This document shows, in pieces, positions 29,622-40,676 of a stretch of 64,000 bases of DNA. The stretch is taken from the NCBI GenBank assembly GCA_009859145.1, contig VRVR01000038.1:215222-279221 (forward strand), read 5' to 3'. Position 1 is the stretch's first letter. Each line of letters opens with the position of its first letter. The translations under genes were made by a program, and so were the position numbers. Below the pieces are notes generated by a model. That model was not told where the DNA came from and did no database searches. It was given only the letters and a program-made list of their open reading frames with translations. Origin of the DNA: Andalucia godoyi And28. Lineage: Eukaryota; Protista; Jakobida.

Positions 29622-30263
29622 TTACTGTTTGGAACGAATGAGAGAGAAGAATTCTTGGCGTGTTCGTGGATCGGATTGGAACACTCCGAGTACCGCTGAC
29701 GTGACGGTGGAAGCACCCTTTGACTGCACCCCTCTCGAACACATACACATGTGCTGCGCCTCGATGACAACCGCAACACCCTGTGGGTTCAGCGCACTGT
29801 GAATTGCATTGGCGATTTCTCGTGTCAGCCGCTCCTGAAGTTGCAATCGGCGTGCATACGCCTCTGCTACACGCGCCAGCTTGGACAGCCCGAGAACTCT
29901 ATCTTGCGGAATATACCCAATATGGGCCTTCCCGAAAAACGGAACCAAATGATGCTCACACATGGAGTAGATTTCAATGTCGCGAACAATCACCATTTCA
30001 TTATGGTTGTCATTGAACACTGCGCCGTTGATAATGTCCGGAACGTCCTCTTGATACCCTTTTGTGAAGAATGCCATTGCCTTTGCAGCACGCATCGGAG
30101 TCTTCAGCAGTCCTTCTCGTGTTGGATCCTCACCCATGCACTCTATAATCGTCCGATACGCAGCGGCCATTCGCTCAATGCGCTCATCACCATTAAGCTT
30201 CGACACAGCACTCGTCGATCCCTGCTGCTCGTCATCTTCCACTGGAAAGTTTCTACTGCTCAT
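29622..30263 (-). CDS. GCH1: GTP cyclohydrolase I
   Basis: [60 protein letters not shown]. Confidence 0.95.
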   Translation of the reverse strand: MSSRNFPVEDDEQQGSTSAVSKLNGDERIERMAAAYRTIIECMGEDPTREGLLKTPMRAAKAMAFFTKGYQEDVPDIINGAVFNDNHNEMVIVRDIEIYSMCEHHLVPFFGKAHIGYIPQDRVLGLSKLARVAEAYARRLQLQERLTREIANAIHSALNPQGVAVVIEAQHMCMCSRGVQSKGASTVTSAVLGVFQSDPRTRQEFFSLIRSKQ

Positions 30264-30315
30264 TCTTTTCTAATTATCGTGTATTGTGCAAACAAACAAA
30301 CAAACATAAAAAAAA

Positions 30316-30371
30316 GACAGAACGACAGAACGACAGAAAGACAGAACGACAGAACGACAGAAAGACAGAAA
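30316..30371. repeat. Tandem 8-mer GACAGAA(C/A) x7 upstream of GCH1
   Basis: Units start at 30316, 30324, 30332, 30340, 30348, 30356 and 30364. Confidence 0.9.
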
Positions 30372-30532
30372 ATTATTATTATTAATAATAATAGCAAGAA
30401 TTCAACCACAAAAAACGAAACAGAGCGAAATCACTCAATCGGACAGAGCATCGGGGAAAACCGGAAGGAGGGTTGTATGCAAACTACAAGCGTTGTCAAC
30501 CAACCATTCGAAACGACAGGAAAAACAAATTG

Positions 30533-32005
30533 TCAGACCTGTCTGGCTGGCGACGGGGATCCAAAGAGCCGTAGGACTGCCTGAAAGATATTTTCGCCTC
30601 GGAGCAGCAATTCCGAGGTCAGGAAGTAGACTGCTAGTCGGATGTGGCGATACTTGGTCATATCAAACGACTCGGGAAGCACTGGCACAAAAGAACAAGC
30701 AGCGGACGATGGGGGAGGATGAGAGAACATGGCCCTCAGAGTCTGCTTGACAAAATCGTCCAAAGACGGACGCGCCGCCGAGCTTGCATGCGAGTACGAC
30801 GACCAAAAAGAAAACGGAGGAGACACCACATCGGGTACGCACACAAACACAGACCCCGTTGTGATGTCCATGACAAGCCCGCCGTTGATGTCCTGCACTT
30901 CGAATACCCAGTATCGCAGCGCATGTCTCAATCGTTCTTCCCTGTCTGCGATTTTCTCAAGCTTTTCATATATTCGCGGAACTCGCTGGATGTATGGATG
31001 CAAGTCTTCCGCAGCTTCGTAGTCGTCGGCATCCGGCTGATGAACACCTGACGCTACATACCCTCTGAAAGGCGTCAGCATCAGCCACATGCACAATCGA
31101 GATAGAAATGCAAATGAAAAAGACGCCGAGTTCAAATACGGTCTGACCTTCGCTTCAGAAATCAGCTTTGAATTCAGACCGCGAATGCCATTGCGTTGCG
31201 CAACACGCAGCACAAACGGAAGCAGCAACTGTCCAGCCGTTGCGGAAGATGGGGGTGGCACATCCTCAGTCGACGGACTGAGGAACGGGTAGACTTGATC
31301 GAAAAGGTCCACATAGCTTATCTTTGAGCCGACCTCGTTCCACGATCTCCACAGGGCAGATGGACAGGACTCCTCGACGAACCTTCCGCTTGTCTCAGAA
31401 AATATGCATCCGTCTTGCAGGCCGAAAATCAGCTGCAAATCCTCTTCTCCTCCTCGATGTGCGGACATTGCGTAATATCGGTTTCCCTGATGACCGCCAT
31501 CTTCTCGGACGCGCACCGATTGCGAGAACGAGGGCGACACATTCATGATGCAGCCCATCCAAAAGAAGGCTGCCGCACATTCCAAAAGCACAGTCTTTGA
31601 AAACCAGTCCACATCCGCAGTTGTGGTAGTCATTAATACATTGCACCATTTTTGAAAGGTAATGCCAGCTTGGGTCATCGTGTGCAGCGGATTCCTTTCG
31701 AAATGGGTCCACACTTGCAGACGCGGATGGCTCGGTTTCATCTCATACTGACGGTCTTCGAGCGAAGGTTCCTGATCTCCAGCTTCCTCTGAATTCTCAT
31801 TCAAGGAAGAAAAATCTTCCCAGAAGGACCCGTAGCGGTCCGCAAACGGCCCCGTCATCAGCAAGTCCTTCCACACATTCTCGGGACACTGACCTTCTTG
31901 AAACAACGCCCTGAATGAAGTCGACAGACACATCAGGCGCGGGAGATGATCAAGTCCAAGATACAGCGCAATGCGAAACACCGATCCCAGAGGCAGAGTC
32001 TGCAT
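30533..32005 (-). CDS. Putative F-box protein with uncharacterised C-terminal region
   Basis: N-terminal LPLGSVFRIALYLGLDHLPRLMCLSTSFRALF...VWKDL is F-box-like; 490-aa open frame. Confidence 0.5.
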   Translation of the reverse strand: MQTLPLGSVFRIALYLGLDHLPRLMCLSTSFRALFQEGQCPENVWKDLLMTGPFADRYGSFWEDFSSLNENSEEAGDQEPSLEDRQYEMKPSHPRLQVWTHFERNPLHTMTQAGITFQKWCNVLMTTTTADVDWFSKTVLLECAAAFFWMGCIMNVSPSFSQSVRVREDGGHQGNRYYAMSAHRGGEEDLQLIFGLQDGCIFSETSGRFVEESCPSALWRSWNEVGSKISYVDLFDQVYPFLSPSTEDVPPPSSATAGQLLLPFVLRVAQRNGIRGLNSKLISEAKVRPYLNSASFSFAFLSRLCMWLMLTPFRGYVASGVHQPDADDYEAAEDLHPYIQRVPRIYEKLEKIADREERLRHALRYWVFEVQDINGGLVMDITTGSVFVCVPDVVSPPFSFWSSYSHASSAARPSLDDFVKQTLRAMFSHPPPSSAACSFVPVLPESFDMTKYRHIRLAVYFLTSELLLRGENIFQAVLRLFGSPSPARQV

Positions 32006-32186
32006 CTCCTGCCGGTTTACGGTCTGTGAAAACCGTCACTGCGGAAAACGAAAGCGTCGGACAGCAAACTCGGAAAGCATCTCAGTTGCTGACTTGGACG
32101 GGGGCCGCTGCGGGAGAGGAGGAGAGGGAGAGAAGAGAGAGGGCAGGGGGGAAAAGATGCGGACGCAACTTAAGGTCAGCGTACAG

Positions 32187-35100
32187 TCAGTAAGATTGAG
32201 AGAAGATTTTGCGCGCCAGCTGCAGCTCCGCGAAGAATTTGGATTTTTTCGATTCTTCGAGGTGGGGGACTTCCGCAGGAGAAACAAGAACAGCAGTAGT
32301 CACCGCAGTAGCGGCGGCGGCGTCAATGTCAAGGGAGTGCGACTGCGAGTGCGAATGCGAGTCCACGAGATACTCTTCCACAGAGTCCTTGACGATGAAC
32401 CGATACACAAAGGTCCGGTTCACCTGTCCGATCCGATGAACCCTCGCCACAGCTTGTGCCTCGACCGCGGAGTGTAGAGACGGCTCGACCAGGATCACGT
32501 GTGACGCAACGGTTAAATTCAAGCCATTAGCTCCTCGATCGAACGACATGAGAAGTACGTTGCTGTTCGGGTCCGTCTTGAACTTGCAAAGCGTCTGCGC
32601 CATTTTCTTTGCCGTCCCGTTTAGCTTCAGGTAACCGATATGATTGAGCGCCAGTGATGCCCCAATAACGTCCAGCACTTCCGCCCACTGAGAAAACACT
32701 AGGATCTTCGGTGCCTGTGGCGCATCAACGGGATGCGATGGCCGACTGTCTGACAGGAGGCTTCCGACGAAGGATGTGATTGTCGTGATTTTCGTTCCGT
32801 AGTCTCCGTTCCACGTCGAAGATATTGTCTGCATTGCGAGGTCGGGACGAACCACTGAATGAGAGGTCACTTCCTTGCTGCTTTCCTCCGCGTTCAACAC
32901 CTTGATTTCTCCCGAGTCGCAATTTGAGCGACACGTAGGACAAGAAACAGACCGAGACCGCTGCTGAGACATATGGGACTGCAGGCACGGTTTGCAGAAG
33001 GAGTGTCCGCACGGGAGAATAGAGATCACCCGGGCAATCAAGTCCAAGCAGATTGGGCAATTGCCGAGTTCAGATCGATAGTTTCGAGCGACATGCTTGA
33101 GATACAATACTTTTGCTTTCTTCTGGTGTGCTTCGGTGATCGCTGATTCTCGCATACTGGAATACACCGACAGTTTGGCGTACACTTCCTCCCTCCTTAC
33201 AAAGCGGTGCTTCTCAGCTTCCTTCGGACCGTCGGATTTGTCCTTCTTCTTTGCAGTCTTCCCAGAAAATTTGTCCTCCCAGAGATCCAGTCTCATAGTG
33301 CAGCAACGCAGCTCATTAAGAAGCGACAGAGACTCGTAGGAAACGTTCCAATACGCAAGCATGCGATCGCTCTCCTGCACAAGGGTGTCAAACAACGGAA
33401 ACACATCTCCACGAAGGAAGTTTAAAAGACGAGAAAGGAGGGGTCTTTCTCCATACAATTCCCACACGTTGTTCAAATGGAAGCGAAGATTCAATGACTG
33501 CACTTCTTCAGATTCAGCGCTCTTCTTCGCTCTTGACGACTTCACAGTGGTTTCCGTACTCAGGCTCTTCCGATACGCCATCAGCAGTTTATCGCACTCG
33601 CAATGCACGCATAGCGGTCCGCTAACGTGATTTCCTTGGCACCTGCTGCAGTTTCCAAGAAGCAGAACGTCTGCGTCTCCAGGAGACTGCGGCAAGGCAT
33701 TTAGCTTGTTTGCGATGCTCAATCGTAGATCCAGCAGTCTTGCAAAGTTCGTTTGCACGTAGAAGAGGAACCCTCGTAAGTCCCGAAAGGGCGCCCGCAT
33801 GTCTGTGGCAACGAGAGAGAACCCAGCATCGGCTGGCGTATCGGACAGCGAGCGGACAATATCGGTGCCGACAAGAAGCAGGGAAGCAACCTTCTCCGAA
33901 ATTTCCTCGAATGCTCGAGTATCGTGGCGATAGGATGCAAAAGAACTGGTGATTTCCGCCATACAGGAGTTTCGATACGAAGACACCAGACATTCGTACT
34001 CGTGCTGCACACTGTTCTCTGTCAACAGCGGATGCAAATGGCTGCCCTGGTGCATCATCAGGCACTGCTGCAGATTGAACAACGCGTGTGCTCGCTGAAA
34101 TAAATCAACCTCAAAGATACCATCGAAGACCTTGATCAGCTCTCGGACATGTGCGTATCCATCAATGGCTGCAAGAAGAAGCCCGTTACCACCACCATCG
34201 TCCCCTCCAACACCCTCGGGATCGGCACCCGTTCGGATGCCATGCTGATGCTGGAGAATCCTCAAGGCAGCAGTACCATTGATTGCCAATACTGCTTCTC
34301 GGAGTGCTTCTTCGCCCTCCGAGATTTCTTGCGCCGTCATCACTTTCAGAAGCTCTTCCATGGTCAAAAAATTGTTTTTGATTCCTTGGGAAATTGGTAC
34401 GGATACAGACTTGAAGTTTGTTGGCTTCCGAGACTGGGATAGTACTTCCGACGAAGGCCGAATACCATGCGTTCCCACCTGCGGATGGCAGCAAGCCTGT
34501 CTGAGACGGAGCAGAGGATCTAGAAGCTTGGATTTTCGACTTGACGGAATCTTGTCAATTGATGACGCACTCATGAATCCGCTGGTAGATATTGCATCAT
34601 GGCCGAAGAATCGACGAAAGGACTCGATGAACTCGTCTTTGCATTTGTCAAGTTGTCGAGCATAAAAGTGCCTTTCAATGTCGGAGAGTGTCAAGCGTCG
34701 CGTCTGAAGAGATTGCGCAGGAATTCCAAGATCATCGTTGAGCAAGTGCTTCACAGATCTGCGCATGAAAGTCGGCACCGCAGAATATAACCAAAGAAGC
34801 AAAAATGAAGCGCGGACAGATTGCCGAGTGACCTCGCGAACAATGGCTCCAAACCGCTCCGCGGCAGGCAGATCATGTGGAAGCAGAAACTTCATAATTC
34901 CACACAAATCCCCGAGTCCCTTCTGAAGAGGTGTTCCCGAAACGCACCATCGAAAGGTTGCAGAAATCCTTGACGCCATCTTGGCAATCAGTGTCGACGG
35001 CGAGTCCACCATCTGTGCCTCATCAAGACACAGTCTGTGCCATTTAATTCTCAACAGCGGGCTGATCACATTGTCGAATCTCCGAAACGACTCTTGGCAT

Positions 35101-36620
35101 GCAGATCGCGTCTGTCGCGGTTCATTTTCAGAAACGCTGTGGTGCACATCCTTCTTCAGAACATCATATGTACAAAAAACAAAATCGTGGTCCGCGAGAT
35201 GATACCGGTCCTTGAATGGCAAAGCTTGTGCGCCTTCATAGACGCAGTATGAGACTCCAAGACCGTCAGCGACATGCAAGGCTACTTCATCGAGCCATTG
35301 ATGGAGGATAGCAGCAGGGGCTACGATTAGTGTCGCTCTGGAAGGGAGAACATCAGAGCATACCTTCTGTTCGCAATATGGACATAATGCAGGGGCATAA
35401 GGCCCTGTGGTCATGCAATGACCATGTAATACCCGCGGACATTGAGCGCATTTCACAAATGCGCTTCCTTCGATTGGACGATCGAATGTGGCACGCTGGA
35501 AGGCTCCACAGATGCACGCCAACTGAGGTGTCGGTCGTGTTTCCGTGCTGTCCAGTTCGTCGTCCACGACAGAAGAAAACACTCGTGTGGAAAACCGAGG
35601 AGATGCTTCCATTTTGTGCAAAAGGGAACCAAGAATGACGCATATTGTCTTCCCCGTCCCCATCTCATCCGCAAGAATTCCAGTCTGGACAGCAGAAACC
35701 GACTCGGAAACAGATTCTGCGGGGGAATACAAGTACCCAGAGCACACGTGAATGAAGAACGTTCGATTCTTCAAACACGAACAATCCACAAAAAAAGACA
35801 AGGAGTCAGCTCGTGGTTGCTTTTCCATTTCGCAAAACCAAGAAATGGACCTCTTTTGGTGCTTCCTTAGAACCAGTTCTTTCACAAGAGATGAAGAGTC
35901 CTCCGCCATCACTGGTTCATATTTCAGCGACTGCACGGCGGCCTCGTGATACAACTTATCGACCCACTCGTCACTGCTTCCAGTATCCGAAAGGCCGAGG
36001 TTGTGCTGAAAATGAGGACGGAAAACCTCCTCAAAGAACTTGGAGCACGACCAAACACAGTACACGGTGATAAAGTCAATTCCGGTGGGCGGACTCGTTC
36101 GCAGAAATCCAACGTCGATCTGTTCGTCATTTTCTCGAATCAAGGAGAGCTTCGCTCCAACAACCAGATCGAACAGCAACCGCACAGCATCTCTATCTTC
36201 GGCAGAAACGCTCTTCCTTGATTTGATGCAAAGTTTGCTATTCTTCAGCCGGAACAATGGAAAGCAGAGCCGCGCAATGTGAATCCACGGCGTGTTCGAG
36301 TGAGTATCTATTACTGAAAGTTCTGGATGGGTTTCCCATACGAACGGAGGCCGTCTTCTCTTCACCCTGCTTTGCAGAGCAACGCTTCCAACACCATCTA
36401 CAACTATGGCCGTTGTCCGATGTGCATTATGTTCTTCTGGTCCATCCTCCATGTTTTCACGCTCTCCCATAACGTCATCGAGTTCGTCATTGTCATCGAG
36501 TTCGTCATTGTCATCGAGTTCGTCTTCTATGCCTTCAACCCATGTAGACGGTCCTGAGACCAGGACTTCTTCTTCTGCTTCACGGACTCGTTTGCAAGCT
36601 GTTGCCTTGGTGCGCGGCAT
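32187..36620 (-). CDS. SHPRH: SHPRH-like SNF2 helicase with PHD and RING (E3 ligase)
   Basis: GILADEMGTGKT, PHD-like CICG...C..C...HGHC...C..C insert, LDEAQ, WCVSGTPL, LLRLRQACCHPQV, RING CPIC...CGHSFC..C...CPTC, KILVFSQW, GANGLNL, QAVARVHRIGQ. Confidence 0.88.
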   Translation of the reverse strand: MPRTKATACKRVREAEEEVLVSGPSTWVEGIEDELDDNDELDDNDELDDVMGERENMEDGPEEHNAHRTTAIVVDGVGSVALQSRVKRRRPPFVWETHPELSVIDTHSNTPWIHIARLCFPLFRLKNSKLCIKSRKSVSAEDRDAVRLLFDLVVGAKLSLIRENDEQIDVGFLRTSPPTGIDFITVYCVWSCSKFFEEVFRPHFQHNLGLSDTGSSDEWVDKLYHEAAVQSLKYEPVMAEDSSSLVKELVLRKHQKRSISWFCEMEKQPRADSLSFFVDCSCLKNRTFFIHVCSGYLYSPAESVSESVSAVQTGILADEMGTGKTICVILGSLLHKMEASPRFSTRVFSSVVDDELDSTETRPTPQLACICGAFQRATFDRPIEGSAFVKCAQCPRVLHGHCMTTGPYAPALCPYCEQKVCSDVLPSRATLIVAPAAILHQWLDEVALHVADGLGVSYCVYEGAQALPFKDRYHLADHDFVFCTYDVLKKDVHHSVSENEPRQTRSACQESFRRFDNVISPLLRIKWHRLCLDEAQMVDSPSTLIAKMASRISATFRWCVSGTPLQKGLGDLCGIMKFLLPHDLPAAERFGAIVREVTRQSVRASFLLLWLYSAVPTFMRRSVKHLLNDDLGIPAQSLQTRRLTLSDIERHFYARQLDKCKDEFIESFRRFFGHDAISTSGFMSASSIDKIPSSRKSKLLDPLLRLRQACCHPQVGTHGIRPSSEVLSQSRKPTNFKSVSVPISQGIKNNFLTMEELLKVMTAQEISEGEEALREAVLAINGTAALRILQHQHGIRTGADPEGVGGDDGGGNGLLLAAIDGYAHVRELIKVFDGIFEVDLFQRAHALFNLQQCLMMHQGSHLHPLLTENSVQHEYECLVSSYRNSCMAEITSSFASYRHDTRAFEEISEKVASLLLVGTDIVRSLSDTPADAGFSLVATDMRAPFRDLRGFLFYVQTNFARLLDLRLSIANKLNALPQSPGDADVLLLGNCSRCQGNHVSGPLCVHCECDKLLMAYRKSLSTETTVKSSRAKKSAESEEVQSLNLRFHLNNVWELYGERPLLSRLLNFLRGDVFPLFDTLVQESDRMLAYWNVSYESLSLLNELRCCTMRLDLWEDKFSGKTAKKKDKSDGPKEAEKHRFVRREEVYAKLSVYSSMRESAITEAHQKKAKVLYLKHVARNYRSELGNCPICLDLIARVISILPCGHSFCKPCLQSHMSQQRSRSVSCPTCRSNCDSGEIKVLNAEESSKEVTSHSVVRPDLAMQTISSTWNGDYGTKITTITSFVGSLLSDSRPSHPVDAPQAPKILVFSQWAEVLDVIGASLALNHIGYLKLNGTAKKMAQTLCKFKTDPNSNVLLMSFDRGANGLNLTVASHVILVEPSLHSAVEAQAVARVHRIGQVNRTFVYRFIVKDSVEEYLVDSHSHSQSHSLDIDAAAATAVTTAVLVSPAEVPHLEESKKSKFFAELQLARKIFSQSY

Positions 36621-37192
36621 TCTTTGTCGAACTGAAACAAGGCGTCTGACAAACTCGTTCGTCCAAAAAAAAAAAAGAAGAATAATAATAATAATAAAAT
36701 CAGTGAAACCCCAAACAAACGATAAGAACGATACGTCCCTTGCTCTGAGCGTTTGCGGGTGATTTTCCCCGTCAACAAAAAACCCAGCAAAACCAAGAAC
36801 GAGTGTTGCGACTCATCTCGATGCTTTAAAACTCGTGTGGAGCGAGAATGGACCTCAAGTCACTTGCCTTCTGGTTTTTCACCGACATCAAATCCGCACA
36901 GTCCAACTTTTAACAGTTTATTATTATTATCGTGGTTTCCTTTTTGGCAGGCTCCAAAGACCGCATCGTCGGAAGAAGCACCAGCAGAGCGACCAGAAGC
37001 AGAAGTAGGGAACGAGTGCAGGAGTTAACATTGAGAAAAGGAGAATTTTAATTAAAAATAAATAGAAATATCCAACAGCAAAAGTTGGAGCATCTCTTAA
37101 AAACGGGATGTGGGCTGCTTATTCGCGCAGGACGATAGGGTGGTGAAGGATCACTTGCATGCCAGCGGCCGGCAGATGTTTTCGTGCAGATT

Positions 37193-39060
37193 TTACGCTG
37201 AGCCGTGTTTTTCGGACCATTCCTTGTACTTCTTCAAGCTTTCTTGAGAGACTGTGGAGTTCACGCGGGATCGAGCTTCGTCGAGATCCTCTACCGTTAC
37301 TGGATACTCTTTGAGGCGCTCCTTTGGAAACGAGCGCACTTGATCGGGCGTCAGTCCGCGGATGGCTCTGCGGAACGGCAGCATGCACGCATCGCGGCAC
37401 AGAGTGGAGATGTCGGAGCCGGAGTAGCCTTCGCATCTGGCAGCAATCGCCTTCAGGTCGACCGACGGGTGGAGGTTTTCACTTCGAAGATTGATTCGGA
37501 ACAGATCCTCGCGTGCTTCTTGGTCGGGAAGCGGAATGTAGATTCGCTTTTCGAGTCGACGAATCAGCGCCTCGTCGAGGTCCCAGGGATAGTTCGTTGC
37601 CGCAAGAACCATGACCATCTTGGAGCCGGATTGCTCCTCCCCTTCTCCACTATCCTTCGCTGGGGCGGACGGAGCAGACTGGATTCCGTTAATTTCCGTC
37701 AGCATCATATTTTTCATCCTGCGAGACGCCTCGTGCTCACCCTCTGATCCGCGCTTTGCAAAAATACCATCAATTTCATCGAAAAAGATGCATGATGGTG
37801 CGTAGTACCGCGCCATTTGGAACAGCAAACGAACCATCTTTTCAGATTCTCCACGATACTTGGATTCCATCGTCGCAAGGGACACGTTGAAGAACGTGAT
37901 CCCACACTCTGTGGCGACAGCCTTGGCAAGCAGCGTCTTTCCAGTGCCTGGCGGTCCGTACATCAGCACACCCGACCATGGCTTTCGCATGCCTTGGAAC
38001 AACTCTGGGGCCCACAAAGGATAGACAACAGCCTCCTCCATGAGCATCTTTGCTTCTCTCAGACCCCCAATATCCGCCCACCGAACGTTGCACGCAGTCT
38101 CTAAAATGTCATGCTCAATCATCTCTGCCATGTCCTTTTCCGCAGCAGTACAAGGAAAAGTGCCCTTCTTTCGCGCACCCACTTCCGCACCACCGTCTGG
38201 CTCCGGCTCCGGTTCTGCAACGGGCTTTGCGGCGCCTCTTGCACCGCCTCTTGTATGTGCCCCAGAGCCGCTACTGTTCGAACCGGGATTCCTTCCCGAT
38301 ATCCCATTGAGCCTCCCATAGCCCGCGGCCACGTTTCGAGCTGCATTTGACTGAGGGGCTGCTGCTGCTGCGGGTGGTGGTGCAGTCTTTTGTGGAGTCG
38401 ATGCTTTGTTCTTTGAAGCAGCTGCAGCAGTCGGTCGAGCCCACGATGGCGCAGCCGCAGTGTCGCGATCGCGAGAATTGTCTCTTCCTGGCGGACCGCG
38501 GGCGTTGCTTTGCGCACCGCGATATCCGTAAGACGGTGCATTACGAGGCTCTGCTGTCGGAGGAGGCCACACATCAGGGTCATTTTCGAGGTACGTACTC
38601 CCGGATGATGGTAGCTGCTGCTGCTGTGGAGTAGACGGTGCGTTTCGGTGGTAGCCCGACTCCTTTTGCACCTGATAGCCGGAATCTTTGTGGGAGCCAG
38701 GAACCATCTTCAAGCAGAGCAATTGCTGCTGCATTTCGCGGACGAGATTGGACTCGGAGGCCAGATCATCCTTTACTCGCATCCACTTGGATTTCACACT
38801 TGGATCGATTTGAGATTTGATGAATCTAAAAAACCACAAAAACCATCGAATTAACAATCACCGTCCACACATTTTCATATTCCCGGGGGGAGAAAATGGA
38901 TGCAATTAACATTCAACAAAAGCAAAAACAAGACGACATACGACGAAATCTGCTGCATGGCGCCGTCGAAATATACAAGAGATGTGCCATAGTTGCCAAG
39001 AAGAGCGTGCTCTCGGGACATTTTTACCGTGTCGAGCAGTCCAGCAAGCAGTCCACTCAT
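37193..39060 (-). CDS. KATNA1: Katanin p60 AAA ATPase; exons 39060-38942 and 38825-37193
   Basis: MIT domain VKMSREHALLGNY..SLVYFDG; AAA motifs GPPGTGKT, SKYRGESEK, FFDEID, LAATNYPWDLDEALIRRLEKRIYIPLP; in-frame splice. Confidence 0.93.
38826..38941 (-). other. Spliceosomal intron (116 nt) in katanin p60
   Basis: GTATGT donor, TTAAT branch-like site, TTTTTTAG acceptor; joins ISS|FIKSQ in frame. Confidence 0.85.
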
Positions 39061-39524
39061 GATGGGCGATGTTCGCACGGATGAAAAAGTCGACGAGAAA
39101 AAAAACCAAACTTATTTGAAACAGAAATTCAACACGATAGTTTAAAGAAAAGAAAGAAAAAAAGAAAAGAAAAACGGAAAAGAAAAAGACGAAACGGGGG
39201 AAATTGCTTTATTATCTTTTGACAAAGCCTTCCGCCTTCGGAATTCCCGGTTTTTTTTTGCGGTCCGGTTAAAATCAAATAAAACAACACAAATCTCCGC
39301 TTCTTCCCACCAACCCCGATTTTTTTTTTTGCAGTTTCATTTGCTCTTATTTCATTTTATTTCGTGATTTGTCACCTCTGCAATGGTACCAAGCAGTGCA
39401 TCGCAGACGATTGAAAAAAAAAACAATAATAAAAATGAAAACGACGATAACACAAGTTTCAACTACGAATTTTCTTTCTTTTTAATGACAGAGAGGAGGA
39501 AAAAAAGATGAATAAATAAAAGAG

Positions 39525-40190
39525 TTACGGCGGCAAGGACTGGTTTTCGGCTTGCATTCGCTGCATCATTCGCGTGAGTTCATCCAGCTGCGATGGATCC
39601 AACCAACGCATTGCAGTTTGCAGCAAGAGATTTCGTTGATCAAATCTGTGGTTAAGCCGATCCAGTTCTTTTTGCAGCTGTTCGTTTCGCTTGACGGTCT
39701 CATCCACGATGCGGGACTGTTCCTGAAGCCGCTCCTGCAATCTTCCTCGTTCCTGCGCAGCTTGCTTGTGTGCTCTGTCAAGATCAGATTCTCGGACAAT
39801 TAGCAAATGATTTTTTTCTTCCAATTCCACCTCGGCTCTCGACAGCCTCTGAATCTTTTCTTCCAAAAGCTCCTCTAGTCTCCTCACGTCCGTTTGCAGT
39901 CCGCTGATGGTTCGTTCAAACGACGACACTGCTTGGGACGCAACGGGCTCCAGCATGGAAGCCTGGGTCTTCGAAAGTCGTTTTTCCAATTGTCGGCGAT
40001 ACGCGAGCTCCATCTCCAAGTCCGCCGCTAGATTCTGTGCTCTTCTGCGCCACTCAAGGACTTGCTGCTGCGACTGCTGGAGCTTCTCGTCTTTTTCAGT
40101 CAACAACATTCGAGAATCGTACGAAAACCGCAACGCGTCCTCGATGACGTTGTACGGAATTGACGAACGCCCATCCTCTTGACGAATCAT
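39525..40190 (-). CDS. Hypothetical coiled-coil protein (an upstream exon cannot be excluded)
   Basis: 221-aa open frame from ATG 40190, rich in E/Q/L/R heptads; no family recognised. Confidence 0.6.
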   Translation of the reverse strand: MIRQEDGRSSIPYNVIEDALRFSYDSRMLLTEKDEKLQQSQQQVLEWRRRAQNLAADLEMELAYRRQLEKRLSKTQASMLEPVASQAVSSFERTISGLQTDVRRLEELLEEKIQRLSRAEVELEEKNHLLIVRESDLDRAHKQAAQERGRLQERLQEQSRIVDETVKRNEQLQKELDRLNHRFDQRNLLLQTAMRWLDPSQLDELTRMMQRMQAENQSLPP

Positions 40191-40245
40191 GAAGTCCTTT
40201 TCGCTCAAAATAATAGTAGTGATCGCTTTTCTCTCTTTTGCTGTG

Positions 40246-40250
<5 letters not shown>

Positions 40251-40284
<34 letters not shown>
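40251..40284. repeat. (CT)17 microsatellite
   Basis: Read directly. Confidence 0.9.
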
Positions 40285-40287
<3 letters not shown>

Positions 40288-40676
40288 GAGAAATCGGGAA
40301 ATAGTGAAGTCGGGAATTTTCGGGGAACAAATATTGGGTGAGAACAGTTTTCCTTCCCATTCCATTCGAGGTGTCACTTGAGACCATTACTCCGTCATTT
40401 TTTTCTCCCTTCAGTGTCATTGTCATTGTCATTCCCGCCCCTGTTCGCGCCAAAAAAGCCTTTCAGAAAAACAAAGGATGCACCTGTCAGAACGCTGACA
40501 TTTCCCCCTCCCTCCAACACATTTCCCTGATCTGCATTCTGCACACCCCTTTTGAAATCACAATTGCATGTACTTTTTCTCCTTTTCTTATTGAAAAAAA
40601 AAGAAAAGAAAAAAGGAAACACCTAGCAGTTCTTGTAATCTTTTCCAGCTCTGTTGTTGCTGTATCGTCTGTCAAC

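Noticed and set aside
22389-30371. Short tandem arrays (AATGAAY x6 at 22389-22430; GACAGAAM x7 at 30316-30371) as CRISPR or telomeric repeats
   Set aside because: No unique spacers and no cas genes; these are ordinary minisatellites in UTR or promoter regions.
36848-37028. Small plus-strand spliced gene between SHPRH and katanin (TTAAC...TTTTTGGCAG acceptor-like site)
   Set aside because: No convincing donor or protein similarity; needs transcript data.
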